From positions 1 to 64,000 of the IMG/VR virus record IMGVR_UViG_3300031994_000035: DNA of 64,000 bases, one strand, 5' to 3'. Positions 36,779 to 47,304 of the stretch are shown here, one piece after another. The DNA is from a virus. Lineage: Duplodnaviria; Caudoviricetes. Each line of letters begins with the position of its first letter. Position 1 is the stretch's first letter. Made by a program: the position numbers and the translations under genes. Under the pieces are notes generated by a model that was not told where the DNA came from, ran no database searches, and saw nothing but the letters and a program-made list of their open reading frames with translations.

Positions 36779-37192
36779 ATGACAAAATCAAAAGCTCTAA
36801 AAATTATTAAGAATCTACTTGATTCTGATGAAGACATGGAAACATTTGTATTATTCAAATTTTATGATAAATACAAATATGATTTAGATGAAATCAAATC
36901 CCGGTCTGAAAAATCCAATCAAAATTTTTTCATATCTGACGAAAAATATATTACATATCATTTCATATTGTCAGATTTGTACAAATTAATTCAGGAACAA
37001 GATAATCTCGGTATTAAAATTCTTGACGGACGAAATTGCATATTGGATGAAAATTCTGAACTAAAAGATATGACGGTTGAAGATGTGGTTCGTCAATGCT
37101 TGAAAAACCTGTCATTCTTTAAGTCACAAATTCCAATACCTGTAGAAGTGACTTCATCAAAAGAATTATTCAATAATTATTCTCAAAAATGA
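36779..37192 (+). CDS. hypothetical protein (paralog of 63368..63877)
   Basis: Shared MTKSKALK N-terminus and SDL, IP..V motifs. Confidence 0.65.
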   Translation: MTKSKALKIIKNLLDSDEDMETFVLFKFYDKYKYDLDEIKSRSEKSNQNFFISDEKYITYHFILSDLYKLIQEQDNLGIKILDGRNCILDENSELKDMTVEDVVRQCLKNLSFFKSQIPIPVEVTSSKELFNNYSQK

Positions 37193-37280
37193 AATTTTTC
37201 AAACATTTGTTGATAAAAATTTTTCAAACATTGTTAATTATTTGAAAATAAATAATTTATAAACTTAATTCTTTAAAGTC

Positions 37281-37649
37281 ATGTTAAAAAAATCATCTAC
37301 AAAGAAAGTAGCAAGTAGCTCCAAGAAATCAACTACAGCTACAAAAGAGACAGTTGCTAAACCTGCATCAAAATCAGTAAAAGCATCAAAATCAGTAAAA
37401 GCTCCTGTAAAAACAGCTAAAGCTCCTGTAAAGGCAACAAAAACTGCAAAAACATCTGTTAAAGCAGTTAAGGCTCCAGTTTCTAAACAAGCTCCTAAAA
37501 TGGTAAAAGCTAAAACAGTTAAACCTGTAAAGGCTAAAACTCCTGTAAAGGCTGTAAAGGTTTCAAAAACAAAAACATCGCCTAAAAAATCTCCAAAACG
37601 TATTGGAAGAGTTTCAGTGCTTACAAAAATTATTCGGGCATTGAAATAA
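37281..37649 (+). CDS. histone H1-like basic protein
   Basis: K/A/S/T/V/P-rich; repeated (K)APVK(T/A) units; almost no acidic residues. Confidence 0.75.
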   Translation: MLKKSSTKKVASSSKKSTTATKETVAKPASKSVKASKSVKAPVKTAKAPVKATKTAKTSVKAVKAPVSKQAPKMVKAKTVKPVKAKTPVKAVKVSKTKTSPKKSPKRIGRVSVLTKIIRALK

Positions 37650-37667
37650 TTAAAACTACTTATTATT

Positions 37668-37698
37668 GTAAAGGCTCTGATATTTTCAGAGCCTTTAC
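37668..37698. terminator. bidirectional terminator
   Basis: GTAAAGGCTCTGA-TATTT-TCAGAGCCTTTAC between convergent genes. Confidence 0.85.
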
Positions 37699-37700
37699 TT

Positions 37701-39374
37701 TTAATACACCTGAGGAGCTTTTTCAACATCCATTACATTATCAGCAAGTAAAAGCAGTTGTGAATCCTTTACTACATACTGTTCTATAAGCAACATCAAA
37801 TCTTCTACCTTAACCATTTTATTCCAAATCCTCAAATTGGTAAGCTGTCCGTTAAATTTCTGAATGCTTACTGTCGCATCCTTCATTTCATATTGTGAAA
37901 TATTGGCTGACTTAATTGACTTGAATACAAGAACATTATTCATAGCATTAAGTTTCTGTAGTTCATACAAACATACTTGCGACATCATGTTTCTCTGCAT
38001 ATATACCACAGCATACCAAGTATTTTCAGAAATATTTTGAAAACTGTTTGTTTTTCCATTTATTGAAGTCACTATTTTTGAATTGGATATTGACAGCTTA
38101 AATGTTTTTTCATTATTTGAAATTTTCAAAATATCTTTTGTATTCGTATCACTTACTTTGAACAGCAAAGAAATCATTCTGTCATTTTCAATGCTTGAAA
38201 AATCTATCAGGTCATTGTATACAACGGAATCTTGATTTTTAGAATCTGTCAGGTCATAATGATTTCTTGATATTATAGCCATCTTATCACGTAAGTCATA
38301 CTTTACAATCTTGACATATTTGTCAACCGATTTTCTTAAATCATCAAATGAATAAGGTGTTTGTACTGATACCTGTTCCTGTATCGTATGATTTGCTTTT
38401 TCCATTTCGATACCGGCACCGCCATCTTTTTCATATTCTTCTTCTATACCTGTAATTACATCCAATGTGTCTTCAAGCAGCGATTCTCCGTCATCAGTTT
38501 TGTCATACTGCCTTTCTGCACGTTTTTCAAATTGTTTTAATGATATAATCCAAAATGTCGATAGTTCTTCATGCTTCGTATCATCAATTACAGAATTTAT
38601 CTCATACATATTATGAAACATTGTATTGACATAAATGTAGTCGCCAACATCAGGATGGGACTTTGGTCCAAATATTTCCCTAAAATGTTTTTTAAGAATA
38701 TGTACAGTAAACATTGTAGGATAATCCATCATTAAAGGATTAAAACTTATATCTGTAGACGGCAATGTTTGATTTGGAAACATAATCTTTACACACTTTT
38801 CTGAAACAACATTTATAAGACTGTATTCATTAAGTATGTAATCTGATGATCTTTTATCAGGGCTTGTCTTGAAGTATTTTACATCGACACCCATTGAATT
38901 GTTGATTATGTCATTAAGCTCAGTAGTTATTTTAGATGCAGCTTTTACAGAATCATATGGTGAAAACGGTTTTGACTGAGAAGCATCATTTTCATTACCT
39001 TTTAATATGATTGAATTATCCTGACAAGCTCCGCTACAAACTCCAGTACTTGCAGCTCTTGCCTCTATTTTACTAAGTATGCAATTATCGTTACTGTCAT
39101 TTGATTCCTTCATTTGAACAGTCTGAATTTCTACATTGAACTCCGTCTGTTCTGATTCCTCACTTTCGCTCTGCTCGTCAATTGCAAGACGTAAATAAAG
39201 TTTTCTATTTTTAGGGTATGCGAATTTTACCAAATTTTTATGGCTGACAGCAAGCCATTCAGACCAAAGTATTTCATCTTCTGATATAGAAAAATAAACT
39301 GTATTACTGTAATCAGTAATTATTTTATAGATACCGGCAACAGATTCAAATGTTTGTTCAAAGACAATTTCCAT
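37701..39374 (-). CDS. virion neck protein-like (T4 gp14-like core) with C-terminal beta-rich LamG-like domain
   Basis: MGVDVKYF..YILNEY..P.VGDYIY..MYEI pattern; upstream ATAAATA late-like motif on the minus strand. Confidence 0.6.
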   Translation of the reverse strand: MEIVFEQTFESVAGIYKIITDYSNTVYFSISEDEILWSEWLAVSHKNLVKFAYPKNRKLYLRLAIDEQSESEESEQTEFNVEIQTVQMKESNDSNDNCILSKIEARAASTGVCSGACQDNSIILKGNENDASQSKPFSPYDSVKAASKITTELNDIINNSMGVDVKYFKTSPDKRSSDYILNEYSLINVVSEKCVKIMFPNQTLPSTDISFNPLMMDYPTMFTVHILKKHFREIFGPKSHPDVGDYIYVNTMFHNMYEINSVIDDTKHEELSTFWIISLKQFEKRAERQYDKTDDGESLLEDTLDVITGIEEEYEKDGGAGIEMEKANHTIQEQVSVQTPYSFDDLRKSVDKYVKIVKYDLRDKMAIISRNHYDLTDSKNQDSVVYNDLIDFSSIENDRMISLLFKVSDTNTKDILKISNNEKTFKLSISNSKIVTSINGKTNSFQNISENTWYAVVYMQRNMMSQVCLYELQKLNAMNNVLVFKSIKSANISQYEMKDATVSIQKFNGQLTNLRIWNKMVKVEDLMLLIEQYVVKDSQLLLLADNVMDVEKAPQVY

Positions 39375-39487
39375 TAAGTTGTAAATTTAAGTTTATAACC
39401 TTTATTATTTATCGTTTCTATCAAACACAAAAAAATCCCTGATGAAGGTTTCACATAAATATAATATATAAATTAAACTTATTTGTA

Positions 39488-40042
39488 ATGTGTTCAAAGT
39501 CAAAAATATTAGTATTAGGAAAGTCTTACAGTCGTAAGGACGAATTATTAAAGGCATTGCTTGACCTTAAATTTTATCAAAAAGGTCTTATCAAAGTTTA
39601 TACCGACAATCCTGACAAATGCAATGATATTTGTTATGAGGTATGTTCACCTGAATTATTTGACAAACTTCATAAAAAGGATAAAATTAAAAAGGTATAT
39701 TATGATGAAACAAATCACAGGTACGGTATTAAGGATTCTGAGATAAGGTATGCAAAAATAATATCATGTCCTATTGAAATATACAATGACTATTCGGAAG
39801 AATTCAAAGATTATAAAACGGTATATGTTGAATCTGATGAAGAACAACACCGTGAAAGAATAGCGATGATGGAAGACAATGACATCAAATCTTCTATAAT
39901 TGACAAAATGAACACTGAGTCAGAACAATATGACCAAATTGATTCATATTATGATATTGTTATAAAAAGCTCATCATTTTATATGAATCCTATACAGAAT
40001 ATTGTTTTTTATATACAGCGAATTTTAATGGAATATAATTAA
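39488..40042 (+). CDS. guanylate-kinase-like protein (degenerate P-loop)
   Basis: LVLGKSYSRKD, YT, RYG, YDIVI. Confidence 0.55.
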   Translation: MCSKSKILVLGKSYSRKDELLKALLDLKFYQKGLIKVYTDNPDKCNDICYEVCSPELFDKLHKKDKIKKVYYDETNHRYGIKDSEIRYAKIISCPIEIYNDYSEEFKDYKTVYVESDEEQHRERIAMMEDNDIKSSIIDKMNTESEQYDQIDSYYDIVIKSSSFYMNPIQNIVFYIQRILMEYN

Positions 40043-41566
40043 ATGATTTTAAAACATTCAGAAAATCCTAATTTCTTAGAAATTGTTTCGTGTTCACAAG
40101 TAGAATATAAGTGTCTTACAACAAATTATACAAAATTTGTAAAAGGCTATCAGTACAGGCCTACTTATATTAAAAAGCATTGGGATGGGAAATTGACGTT
40201 CATGCGTTATAAATATATTCCATTCGGTAGCTGGTCATACTTAAATTACCTGTGTAGGGAATTTAATATGGAAAGTAATGTCCTTCAAGTAGTCGAACCG
40301 ACAATTAACAAGCTTGACTATTCAGAATTTGAAAGTTATTGTCTTGACTTGATGAAAGATTCTAAATATACTCCAAGAGATTATCAAATACAAGCTGCTT
40401 GGAAAATCATAAAATACAAAAAATGTATGGCCCAGCTTGCAACTTCAGCAGGCAAGACTTTAATTACATTTTTAGTATTTTCATATCTTGTAGACAGGTG
40501 CGGAGTTAAAAAAATCTTAATGGTTGTACCGACAGTACCACTTGTTAGACAAGCATGCAAAGATTTTGAAGACTATAAAGCTGGAAAATTTAGTGTTTGT
40601 GAAATATATGCAGGTCAAAAAGATGATTCTGATAAGTGTATAATTACTGTTGGTACATTTCAATCTCTTTGTAAAAAACCAAAAGAATATTTTGACAAAT
40701 ATGGTTGCTGTATGGTAGACGAATGTCATAGAATGTCAGCAATATCAGAATCAAAAATTATAGAACTTTGTGACTGCCAATATAAATGGGGATTATCAGG
40801 AACTGTTCCTACCAATTTCAAATATGCTGATGCACTACAAGCCGTATGCTTGTTAGGACCACTTGTGGTCAACATTAAAGCTTCAGACTTGCAAGATCTA
40901 GGCTTTATATCAAAATGCTTCATACATCGCATTATTTTGGATTATTCTCATATTAAGAATAAGAAGCAGATACAGTCAATGGCCGAAACAAGAAAACTTA
41001 TAAAAACTATAGAAGATACTGAAATGAAAGCACGTGCTTCATCAAAATTGTATGCTTCTGAAAAGAATTTTATAGTTGAACTTAATTCAAGGTTAGACTA
41101 TATAACTGATCTTGTTACATCATTAAAAGGAAATACATTGATACTTGTACATCATATCGCATACCTTGAAAAACTTGAAAAGAATTTGAAACTTGCAACG
41201 GATGCAAAGGTTTACACAATTTCAGGAACTACGTCATACGACAACCGGGATTTTGTAAAAGACGAAATCGAGAATAATCAGGATTGCATAATGCTTGCGA
41301 CATTTGGAACCTGCAGTACAGGTATAAACATTACCAATCTTAACAACCTTATACTTGCTGAAAGTTTTAAATCACAAGTTATTGTATTACAATCTATTGG
41401 AAGATTATTAAGAAAAAATGCTCAAAAGACTATTGCAATGATTTATGACATTTGCGACAACATCTACAGAGGTTGTGCAATTTATAAACATGCTTCTGAA
41501 CGTAAGAAACTGTATGATGAGCAAAAGTTTAAATATGATGAAATTACTAATAAATTAAAATATTAA
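40043..41566 (+). CDS. uvsW: UvsW-like SF2 DNA helicase
   Basis: WDGK, PRDYQ, ATSAGKT, DECH, GLSGT, STGINI, QSIGRLLR. Confidence 0.92.
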   Translation: MILKHSENPNFLEIVSCSQVEYKCLTTNYTKFVKGYQYRPTYIKKHWDGKLTFMRYKYIPFGSWSYLNYLCREFNMESNVLQVVEPTINKLDYSEFESYCLDLMKDSKYTPRDYQIQAAWKIIKYKKCMAQLATSAGKTLITFLVFSYLVDRCGVKKILMVVPTVPLVRQACKDFEDYKAGKFSVCEIYAGQKDDSDKCIITVGTFQSLCKKPKEYFDKYGCCMVDECHRMSAISESKIIELCDCQYKWGLSGTVPTNFKYADALQAVCLLGPLVVNIKASDLQDLGFISKCFIHRIILDYSHIKNKKQIQSMAETRKLIKTIEDTEMKARASSKLYASEKNFIVELNSRLDYITDLVTSLKGNTLILVHHIAYLEKLEKNLKLATDAKVYTISGTTSYDNRDFVKDEIENNQDCIMLATFGTCSTGINITNLNNLILAESFKSQVIVLQSIGRLLRKNAQKTIAMIYDICDNIYRGCAIYKHASERKKLYDEQKFKYDEITNKLKY

Positions 41567-41569
41567 ATT

Positions 41570-42052
41570 ATGAAACAAGAAATTAATCTTACTAACGGTA
41601 AAATCTTAGAAATTAAAGATTTCTTTATAGCTGTTGAAAGTAAAAAACAAAATGATTTACTTTCTAAAATAATTTATGCCAAAAATTCAGAATCATTGAA
41701 AAATACAATCTACGAAGTATCTGAAAATTTTGAAAAAATACAAAATGACAATCAGAAAACGATAAATGATTATTCAAGATATAAGGCTGCTATAAATTAT
41801 TTAATGCAAACTTATAAAGACGACAAAGAAGCTTTACGTGATGAAATCGACAAGGTAAATTCTGAATATAATGACATCATTGAGGCATACCGTTATTTTG
41901 ATACTGAAATTATGAAGACATTTTTTGATAATGAAATCACAGTCAAAATTGAGCCTATAAAAATTTCTACGGTACAACTTGGTGAAATTTTATTCAAAGA
42001 AAATAACCTACCAATTGTAATTGTTGACAAATTTATCACATTTACCTGTTAG
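41570..42052 (+). CDS. hypothetical protein
   Basis: 160-aa ORF. Confidence 0.62.
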   Translation: MKQEINLTNGKILEIKDFFIAVESKKQNDLLSKIIYAKNSESLKNTIYEVSENFEKIQNDNQKTINDYSRYKAAINYLMQTYKDDKEALRDEIDKVNSEYNDIIEAYRYFDTEIMKTFFDNEITVKIEPIKISTVQLGEILFKENNLPIVIVDKFITFTC

Positions 42053-42091
42053 TTTATTGTTTATTATATTAAAATTTAAAATTTATTACAA

Positions 42092-43072
42092 ATGGATCAA
42101 AGTACTTCAGAATTGTTTACAGAAAAATATCGTCCTAAAATGGTAAAATATATTGTTTTACCAGAACGAATAAAGAAAGTCCTGCCCTTGGAAAAAGACA
42201 GTCAGATTTTCAATTATATATTCTATGGGCAACCTGGTTCAGGTAAGACTACTGCTGCAAAAGCAATCATTAAACAATCAAATTCAAGATACCTTTATAT
42301 AAATGGTTCTTCAGAAAACGGTATTGACATTATTCGTACAAAAGTTACAGATTTTGCAAGAGAACGCTCAATAGCCCTTGATGAAGATGCAAATTCTATA
42401 AAAATCGTATTCATAGATGAGGCCGATATGCTCACACTGAATGCCTTTACAGCTTTACGTTCTTTAATAGAACAATTTGCAGCAAATACACGTTTCATAT
42501 TCACTTGTAATTATTTCAATAAAATACCTGAAGCAATTACAAGTAGATGCAGATGTATTAACTTTGATGTTGATTCAAAGGAACGTGAAGAAATTTTTGG
42601 TAGTTATAAAAAACTTGTAAACCTTGTCTGCAATAAGGAACAGATTACAATATCGGATGAAAATACAGATTTGTTACTCAATACATTCTTACCGGATATG
42701 CGTAAAGTATATCAGTGTCTGAATATTGTAAAGGCAAACGGCGCAAATGAAATAACTGAAAATTTTATTCGCGAGTACCGTGACGGTATTGTAGATGATG
42801 ATTTTATCTATGACTTATGTACAAACCTTGACCTTTCAGATTCAGAAATTTATACAAAAATGATTGACAAGATTTCTGATATCGATTTTGTATTTAAGTA
42901 TTTGTCTACCAGATTCCTTGACAAAGTATTGAACACACACCCAGAATTATTATCATTATTAGTATTGGATATACAGACATATAGTTATCAGCTTTCATCA
43001 TCATTTGATAAGATGATAACACTTATTGCCTGCATTTTTAAAATTAGACAGAATTATAAAAAATTAAACTAA
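42092..43072 (+). CDS. sliding-clamp loader large subunit (T4 gp44/RFC-like)
   Basis: EKYRP, GQPGSGKT, DEAD, SRC motifs. Confidence 0.93.
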   Translation: MDQSTSELFTEKYRPKMVKYIVLPERIKKVLPLEKDSQIFNYIFYGQPGSGKTTAAKAIIKQSNSRYLYINGSSENGIDIIRTKVTDFARERSIALDEDANSIKIVFIDEADMLTLNAFTALRSLIEQFAANTRFIFTCNYFNKIPEAITSRCRCINFDVDSKEREEIFGSYKKLVNLVCNKEQITISDENTDLLLNTFLPDMRKVYQCLNIVKANGANEITENFIREYRDGIVDDDFIYDLCTNLDLSDSEIYTKMIDKISDIDFVFKYLSTRFLDKVLNTHPELLSLLVLDIQTYSYQLSSSFDKMITLIACIFKIRQNYKKLN

Positions 43073-43079
43073 AATTATT

Positions 43080-43295
43080 ATGAAACATTTATCTTATGAA
43101 CATAGACAGAAGATTTCGGAAGCACACAAAAATAAACGTCGAAAGCCATTCTCTGAAGAATGGAAACGAAAGATGTCAGAAGCGCATAAAGGAAAGAAAT
43201 TCTCTGAAGAACACAAACAAAAAATCGCATTATCAGTCAAAAAGACATTACAAAGTAAGAAAGCCCTCATCAACTCGCAGAATCCTACGACTTAG
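43080..43295 (+). CDS. NUMOD3-repeat protein (homing-endonuclease DNA-binding motif, no nuclease)
   Basis: SYEHRQKISEAHK, SEEWKRKMSEAHKGK, SEEHKQKI. Confidence 0.75.
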   Translation: MKHLSYEHRQKISEAHKNKRRKPFSEEWKRKMSEAHKGKKFSEEHKQKIALSVKKTLQSKKALINSQNPTT

Positions 43296-43755
43296 GAGGT
43301 ATTCCAGGAAATTACTTTATACACTTTTTGCTCTTATTCTAACAATAGACATATCTCAATACCGTAATATAAAGATATATGAAGTTTCAGCTAATAAACA
43401 GAAAATGCCTATATCTAGAATATGTACGATTACAGTCTATAATCCTGATAAAAAGCAATGTAATGAAGATTTCCTGCATACAGCCGATATGAGTTTTATT
43501 GATACAAATAAATTAAAGGATTTCAGTATTAGGTGGTGTGCTGTTTCAAATAATCTGTTACAGGATTTTTGTAATTTCGGCGACACTTTGTATATCAAAA
43601 TAGGTGATGAATTAATAGATGGTAAATGGGTTGTTCATGACAGAATGAATAAAAGGTTTACCAATTATGTAGATTTATTGTCTGATAAAAAATTTAACAA
43701 AAGAATTAACAAAAGAAAATCAATAGAAATATATAATCTAAGCAGATATGAATAG
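43096..43755 (+). CDS. 3D-domain (lytic transglycosylase-like) protein, true start uncertain
   Basis: TVYNP..QC..TAD, CAVS..LL, FGD, VHDRMN.R...VD. Confidence 0.7.
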   Translation: MNIDRRFRKHTKINVESHSLKNGNERCQKRIKERNSLKNTNKKSHYQSKRHYKVRKPSSTRRILRLRRYSRKLLYTLFALILTIDISQYRNIKIYEVSANKQKMPISRICTITVYNPDKKQCNEDFLHTADMSFIDTNKLKDFSIRWCAVSNNLLQDFCNFGDTLYIKIGDELIDGKWVVHDRMNKRFTNYVDLLSDKKFNKRINKRKSIEIYNLSRYE

Positions 43756-45388
43756 TGAGTATGAGGTAGAGAAATTTTGTGACAGACTTCTTGAAAGCTA
43801 TATGTCAACCAATGACGACGTAAATAGTTTTATTTCAAGATGTTTGTCTGCATTATCTGATGGATTTTATCGAGATATGGTATGTATATTTGATATGTAT
43901 GCATCATCATATTATGTTAAAAGACAGTTAAATAACGTATTATCAAAAAAGAATAAAGAAGATGTTGAGTTTATCTATATCGACAGATTTATACAAGACG
44001 AAGAAGAACTTAAAAAATTTATTGAAAAGAAGGTAAAACCGACAAATGCTAATTTATATGTTGTTGATTTTTCAATATCTTTTACAAAGGTCAATGATGC
44101 AATCTATCATTATATAGACAATACAATACAAATGCTGAAAATTCTTTGCAAACAGATTTCCTCAAAAAGAAAGAAAAAGTGTGTATTTAATTTGTCAATT
44201 ATCAATGATGACTGCGAAGATCTTATTGACGAACTTACTTCAAGATTCTTTGTCAATATGAAAATTTACAATGATTCTTTGAAGATAAATGAAAAATATG
44301 CCAAGAAATATTATCAATTTATAGATAAAATAACAAAACCGCAAAATACTCTCAACAGCCTACTTAATGATGTAGATTTTGAGAAAACAAATAGCTTTGG
44401 TAAAATTACAAATATATCAAGAGTCTTTAAAGATTTATGTTATGACAGTGCTGTAATACTTTTCTATAACAATGAAAAAATACTTAATAACTTCAAACAA
44501 ACCTACAATTCAGTATTTCATTTCAAAAGCCTTAATACAGCCAATGTAAATGTCGATTCATTAAAAACATTTTGCTGTAAGAATATTATAGGCCAAGATG
44601 AATCTATTGAAAAAATTTGCCAGCGACTTGAATCAAGAATATTATTCGGTACATCTGAAAGAATACTGATGACAGCAATGCTTGCCGGCAGTACGGGTGT
44701 AGGTAAAACTGAAACTGTAAAAATTATTGCTGAATACCTTAAAAAATATGACTATGATTTTTACACTTATGATATGTCTACATATTCATCAGGTATGAAT
44801 GTCGCTTCATTATTTGGTGCTGCTCCTGGTTATGTAGGATATAGTGAAGGAGGAGCTCTTATAAATGATTTAGCAAATAACAACCGTGCTGTTATCTTAT
44901 TTGATGAAATTGAAAAAGCTGACACACTTGTACTCAACTCATTGTTAAAGATGCTTGATGAAGGTTTTATCAAAACACATACAGGAGACACAATCACACT
45001 TGACAAGTGCCTTATATTTATGACAACCAACAGCGGTTCGAAAGAATCAAAAATAAAATCAGTAGGTTTTAATAATAAAGGCACTGATAAAAGTAAAGTA
45101 TATAATAAAGCGATTTCAGGTGATTTCAGACCGGAATTTTTATCAAGACTTGATGAAGTGCTTATATTCAATGATTTGTCAGAATCTGATTATCGTAAAA
45201 TAATAAACCTTCAATTCAAGAGAATTAAAAAGAAAATAAAAGACAAGTATTCTATTAACATAAACTTAGATACCTATTATAAAGATAAAATCTTAAAACA
45301 AATTTCAGAAAATGGATCCAATGTTCGTTCTGTAAAAAGAATGTTGGAACAGGCTGTAATGACTAAACTAAAAAATTTACAAAAATGA
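43748..45388 (+). CDS. ClpA/ClpB-like AAA+ ATPase (D2 domain intact)
   Basis: GSTGVGKT, GAAPGYVGY pore loop, LFDEIEKA, FRPEFLSRLD. Confidence 0.9.
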   Translation: MNSEYEVEKFCDRLLESYMSTNDDVNSFISRCLSALSDGFYRDMVCIFDMYASSYYVKRQLNNVLSKKNKEDVEFIYIDRFIQDEEELKKFIEKKVKPTNANLYVVDFSISFTKVNDAIYHYIDNTIQMLKILCKQISSKRKKKCVFNLSIINDDCEDLIDELTSRFFVNMKIYNDSLKINEKYAKKYYQFIDKITKPQNTLNSLLNDVDFEKTNSFGKITNISRVFKDLCYDSAVILFYNNEKILNNFKQTYNSVFHFKSLNTANVNVDSLKTFCCKNIIGQDESIEKICQRLESRILFGTSERILMTAMLAGSTGVGKTETVKIIAEYLKKYDYDFYTYDMSTYSSGMNVASLFGAAPGYVGYSEGGALINDLANNNRAVILFDEIEKADTLVLNSLLKMLDEGFIKTHTGDTITLDKCLIFMTTNSGSKESKIKSVGFNNKGTDKSKVYNKAISGDFRPEFLSRLDEVLIFNDLSESDYRKIINLQFKRIKKKIKDKYSININLDTYYKDKILKQISENGSNVRSVKRMLEQAVMTKLKNLQK

Positions 45389-45858
45389 TAGTATTAAAGC
45401 ATAAAGACAAACGCGTTGTCAGTGTAAGATATATCTATAATAGTGAAAATCAATTACTTGACGATGACGAAATTTTACTTGATTCTACAGATATATATAG
45501 AATATTAAATAAACATAATAAAAAAGAACAAGTAACATCTATAACAAAATCCTTTATTCGGGATATTATTTCAATAATAGAAACAGCTTTTGAAATTCGT
45601 CCAAATACATTAAATATCAATAAACGATATGAAAATTATGTAATTGCAAGATATACAGGTATGTATATCTTATATAAACATCATTATGGCTCACTTTCAA
45701 AGATAGCAAGTGTATTTAATAAGGATCATGCAACAGTCATACATGCAAATCAAGTTATTGAAAATATCCTTACAACACATGACAAACGAAATTATTCAAA
45801 AGTAAAGCAATGCATTGATAGCTGTGAAGAATATTTTTTAACCATGACAGAACAATAA
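45385..45858 (+). CDS. DnaA domain IV-like HTH protein
   Basis: AR...MY....SLSKIA..F.KDHATVIHA. Confidence 0.8.
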   Translation: MIVLKHKDKRVVSVRYIYNSENQLLDDDEILLDSTDIYRILNKHNKKEQVTSITKSFIRDIISIIETAFEIRPNTLNINKRYENYVIARYTGMYILYKHHYGSLSKIASVFNKDHATVIHANQVIENILTTHDKRNYSKVKQCIDSCEEYFLTMTEQ

Positions 45859-45867
45859 CGGAATCCA

Positions 45868-45875
45868 TATAAATA
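45868..45875 (+). promoter_or_regulatory. T4-type late promoter TATAAATA
   Basis: Exact consensus upstream of 45896; ATAAATA variants near 39456 and 47721. Confidence 0.55.
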
Positions 45876-45895
45876 ATAAAAATAGCTAATTTAAT

Positions 45896-46834
45896 ATGGA
45901 CAATATTTCATCATTGCATAATATATATTCATTTGACATTGTTGTCAGTGACGACGACAAAAAACTTAATACAAAAGAATTTATAGAAAAAATATCTCAA
46001 GAATATAAAGATGAATACTTTTCTGAAAATTCAAATCATGAAATAGTCATATCTAATATTGATATAGAATTTTTGAAATGTACATTATTAACTCTTGAAG
46101 ATATTATCAACCGTTCAAAAATAAAAAATTATACAGTATCTATAAATGCTCGTTGTACTACAACTACATTTGATACATTTAACACTCAAAAATTCTTTCA
46201 TGATTATGACGAAGATGAAATCTATAATTACCTTGGTAAAAACTTTGATAGGTTTAGAAAATTTTATAATTATCCAGTAACCTATCAAGAAGCAAAAGAA
46301 GGCTTTAAATCGAAAATATCAAATTTTGTAGTTGATTCAAAAGATTACTATATTGACTTGTTATCTACTCCGAATACTATAAAAATCAATTGTTTCAAAG
46401 GTGTTGATGACTTTAAGAAAATAGCTACTGTATCAAATTATATTGTAAGTATTGTAGATAGCTGTATCAATAACTTTGAAACATACTTGTTCAATGAATC
46501 TGAAAAGGTTTTTTCAGATATTGTTGAAACTTATGAAACAGGACATACATTCTGGAAATCTTTAAGTAAAAATCATGAATTACTTATAGACTTGAAAGAA
46601 TATGACAAAGATGAGTATTTTAACTTTGAATATTTTAGAGATGCACTTGTGTGTCTTGATAAAATTTTTCATAGTAAAGATAAAATGGCAATCAACCTAG
46701 ATACTGAAAACCTATGTCTTGAAATTAATACTGATAAACTTGAAAATTATTATCTTTGCAATAAGTCAAATATAAAAATATATCTGCTTGCAGATATAAA
46801 GGGATGCAGACTTATAAATATTGAAGTTAAATAA
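45896..46834 (+). CDS. hypothetical protein
   Basis: 312-aa ORF. Confidence 0.65.
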   Translation: MDNISSLHNIYSFDIVVSDDDKKLNTKEFIEKISQEYKDEYFSENSNHEIVISNIDIEFLKCTLLTLEDIINRSKIKNYTVSINARCTTTTFDTFNTQKFFHDYDEDEIYNYLGKNFDRFRKFYNYPVTYQEAKEGFKSKISNFVVDSKDYYIDLLSTPNTIKINCFKGVDDFKKIATVSNYIVSIVDSCINNFETYLFNESEKVFSDIVETYETGHTFWKSLSKNHELLIDLKEYDKDEYFNFEYFRDALVCLDKIFHSKDKMAINLDTENLCLEINTDKLENYYLCNKSNIKIYLLADIKGCRLINIEVK

Positions 46835-46845
46835 AACCTATAATT

Positions 46846-47292
46846 ATGAAAACTATAAAATCATTTAAACAATTCTTAAAAGAAAATAATATTATGAGAA
46901 GATCCATATATGAGCTACTTGCTGATCCAAGTACTCCTGCTTTTATCAGAAAAGCATTCGTGCCTGACATATCTGAATTTAGGTCAAATGTTCTTGGTCT
47001 TGCAGACGAACATGAAATAAATCTTAATAAAGACTATATAACTAAATTTATAGAACAGCATTCTGAAGCAACTGGTACTCCTAAAGAATTGTATGCTGCT
47101 TGTTTTGAAGCAATTATGTTTGAAAAAGCAAATGAAATGCTTGACAAACAAGCTTTGATTCCACAAGATTCTAAGTATGCTATGCAAAATCCTCCAGATG
47201 AAGTAGTTATTGATATTTTCAATGATTTAGGTCTTGCGACTTCTCAACTACAAACAGCTAATAGACTAATTGACATATTGGATAATGACTAA
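46846..47292 (+). CDS. putative internal head protein
   Basis: N-terminal MKTIKSFKQFLKE resembles the T4 capsid-targeting sequence. Confidence 0.55.
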   Translation: MKTIKSFKQFLKENNIMRRSIYELLADPSTPAFIRKAFVPDISEFRSNVLGLADEHEINLNKDYITKFIEQHSEATGTPKELYAACFEAIMFEKANEMLDKQALIPQDSKYAMQNPPDEVVIDIFNDLGLATSQLQTANRLIDILDND

Positions 47293-47304
47293 ATTTGAAT
47301 AAAA

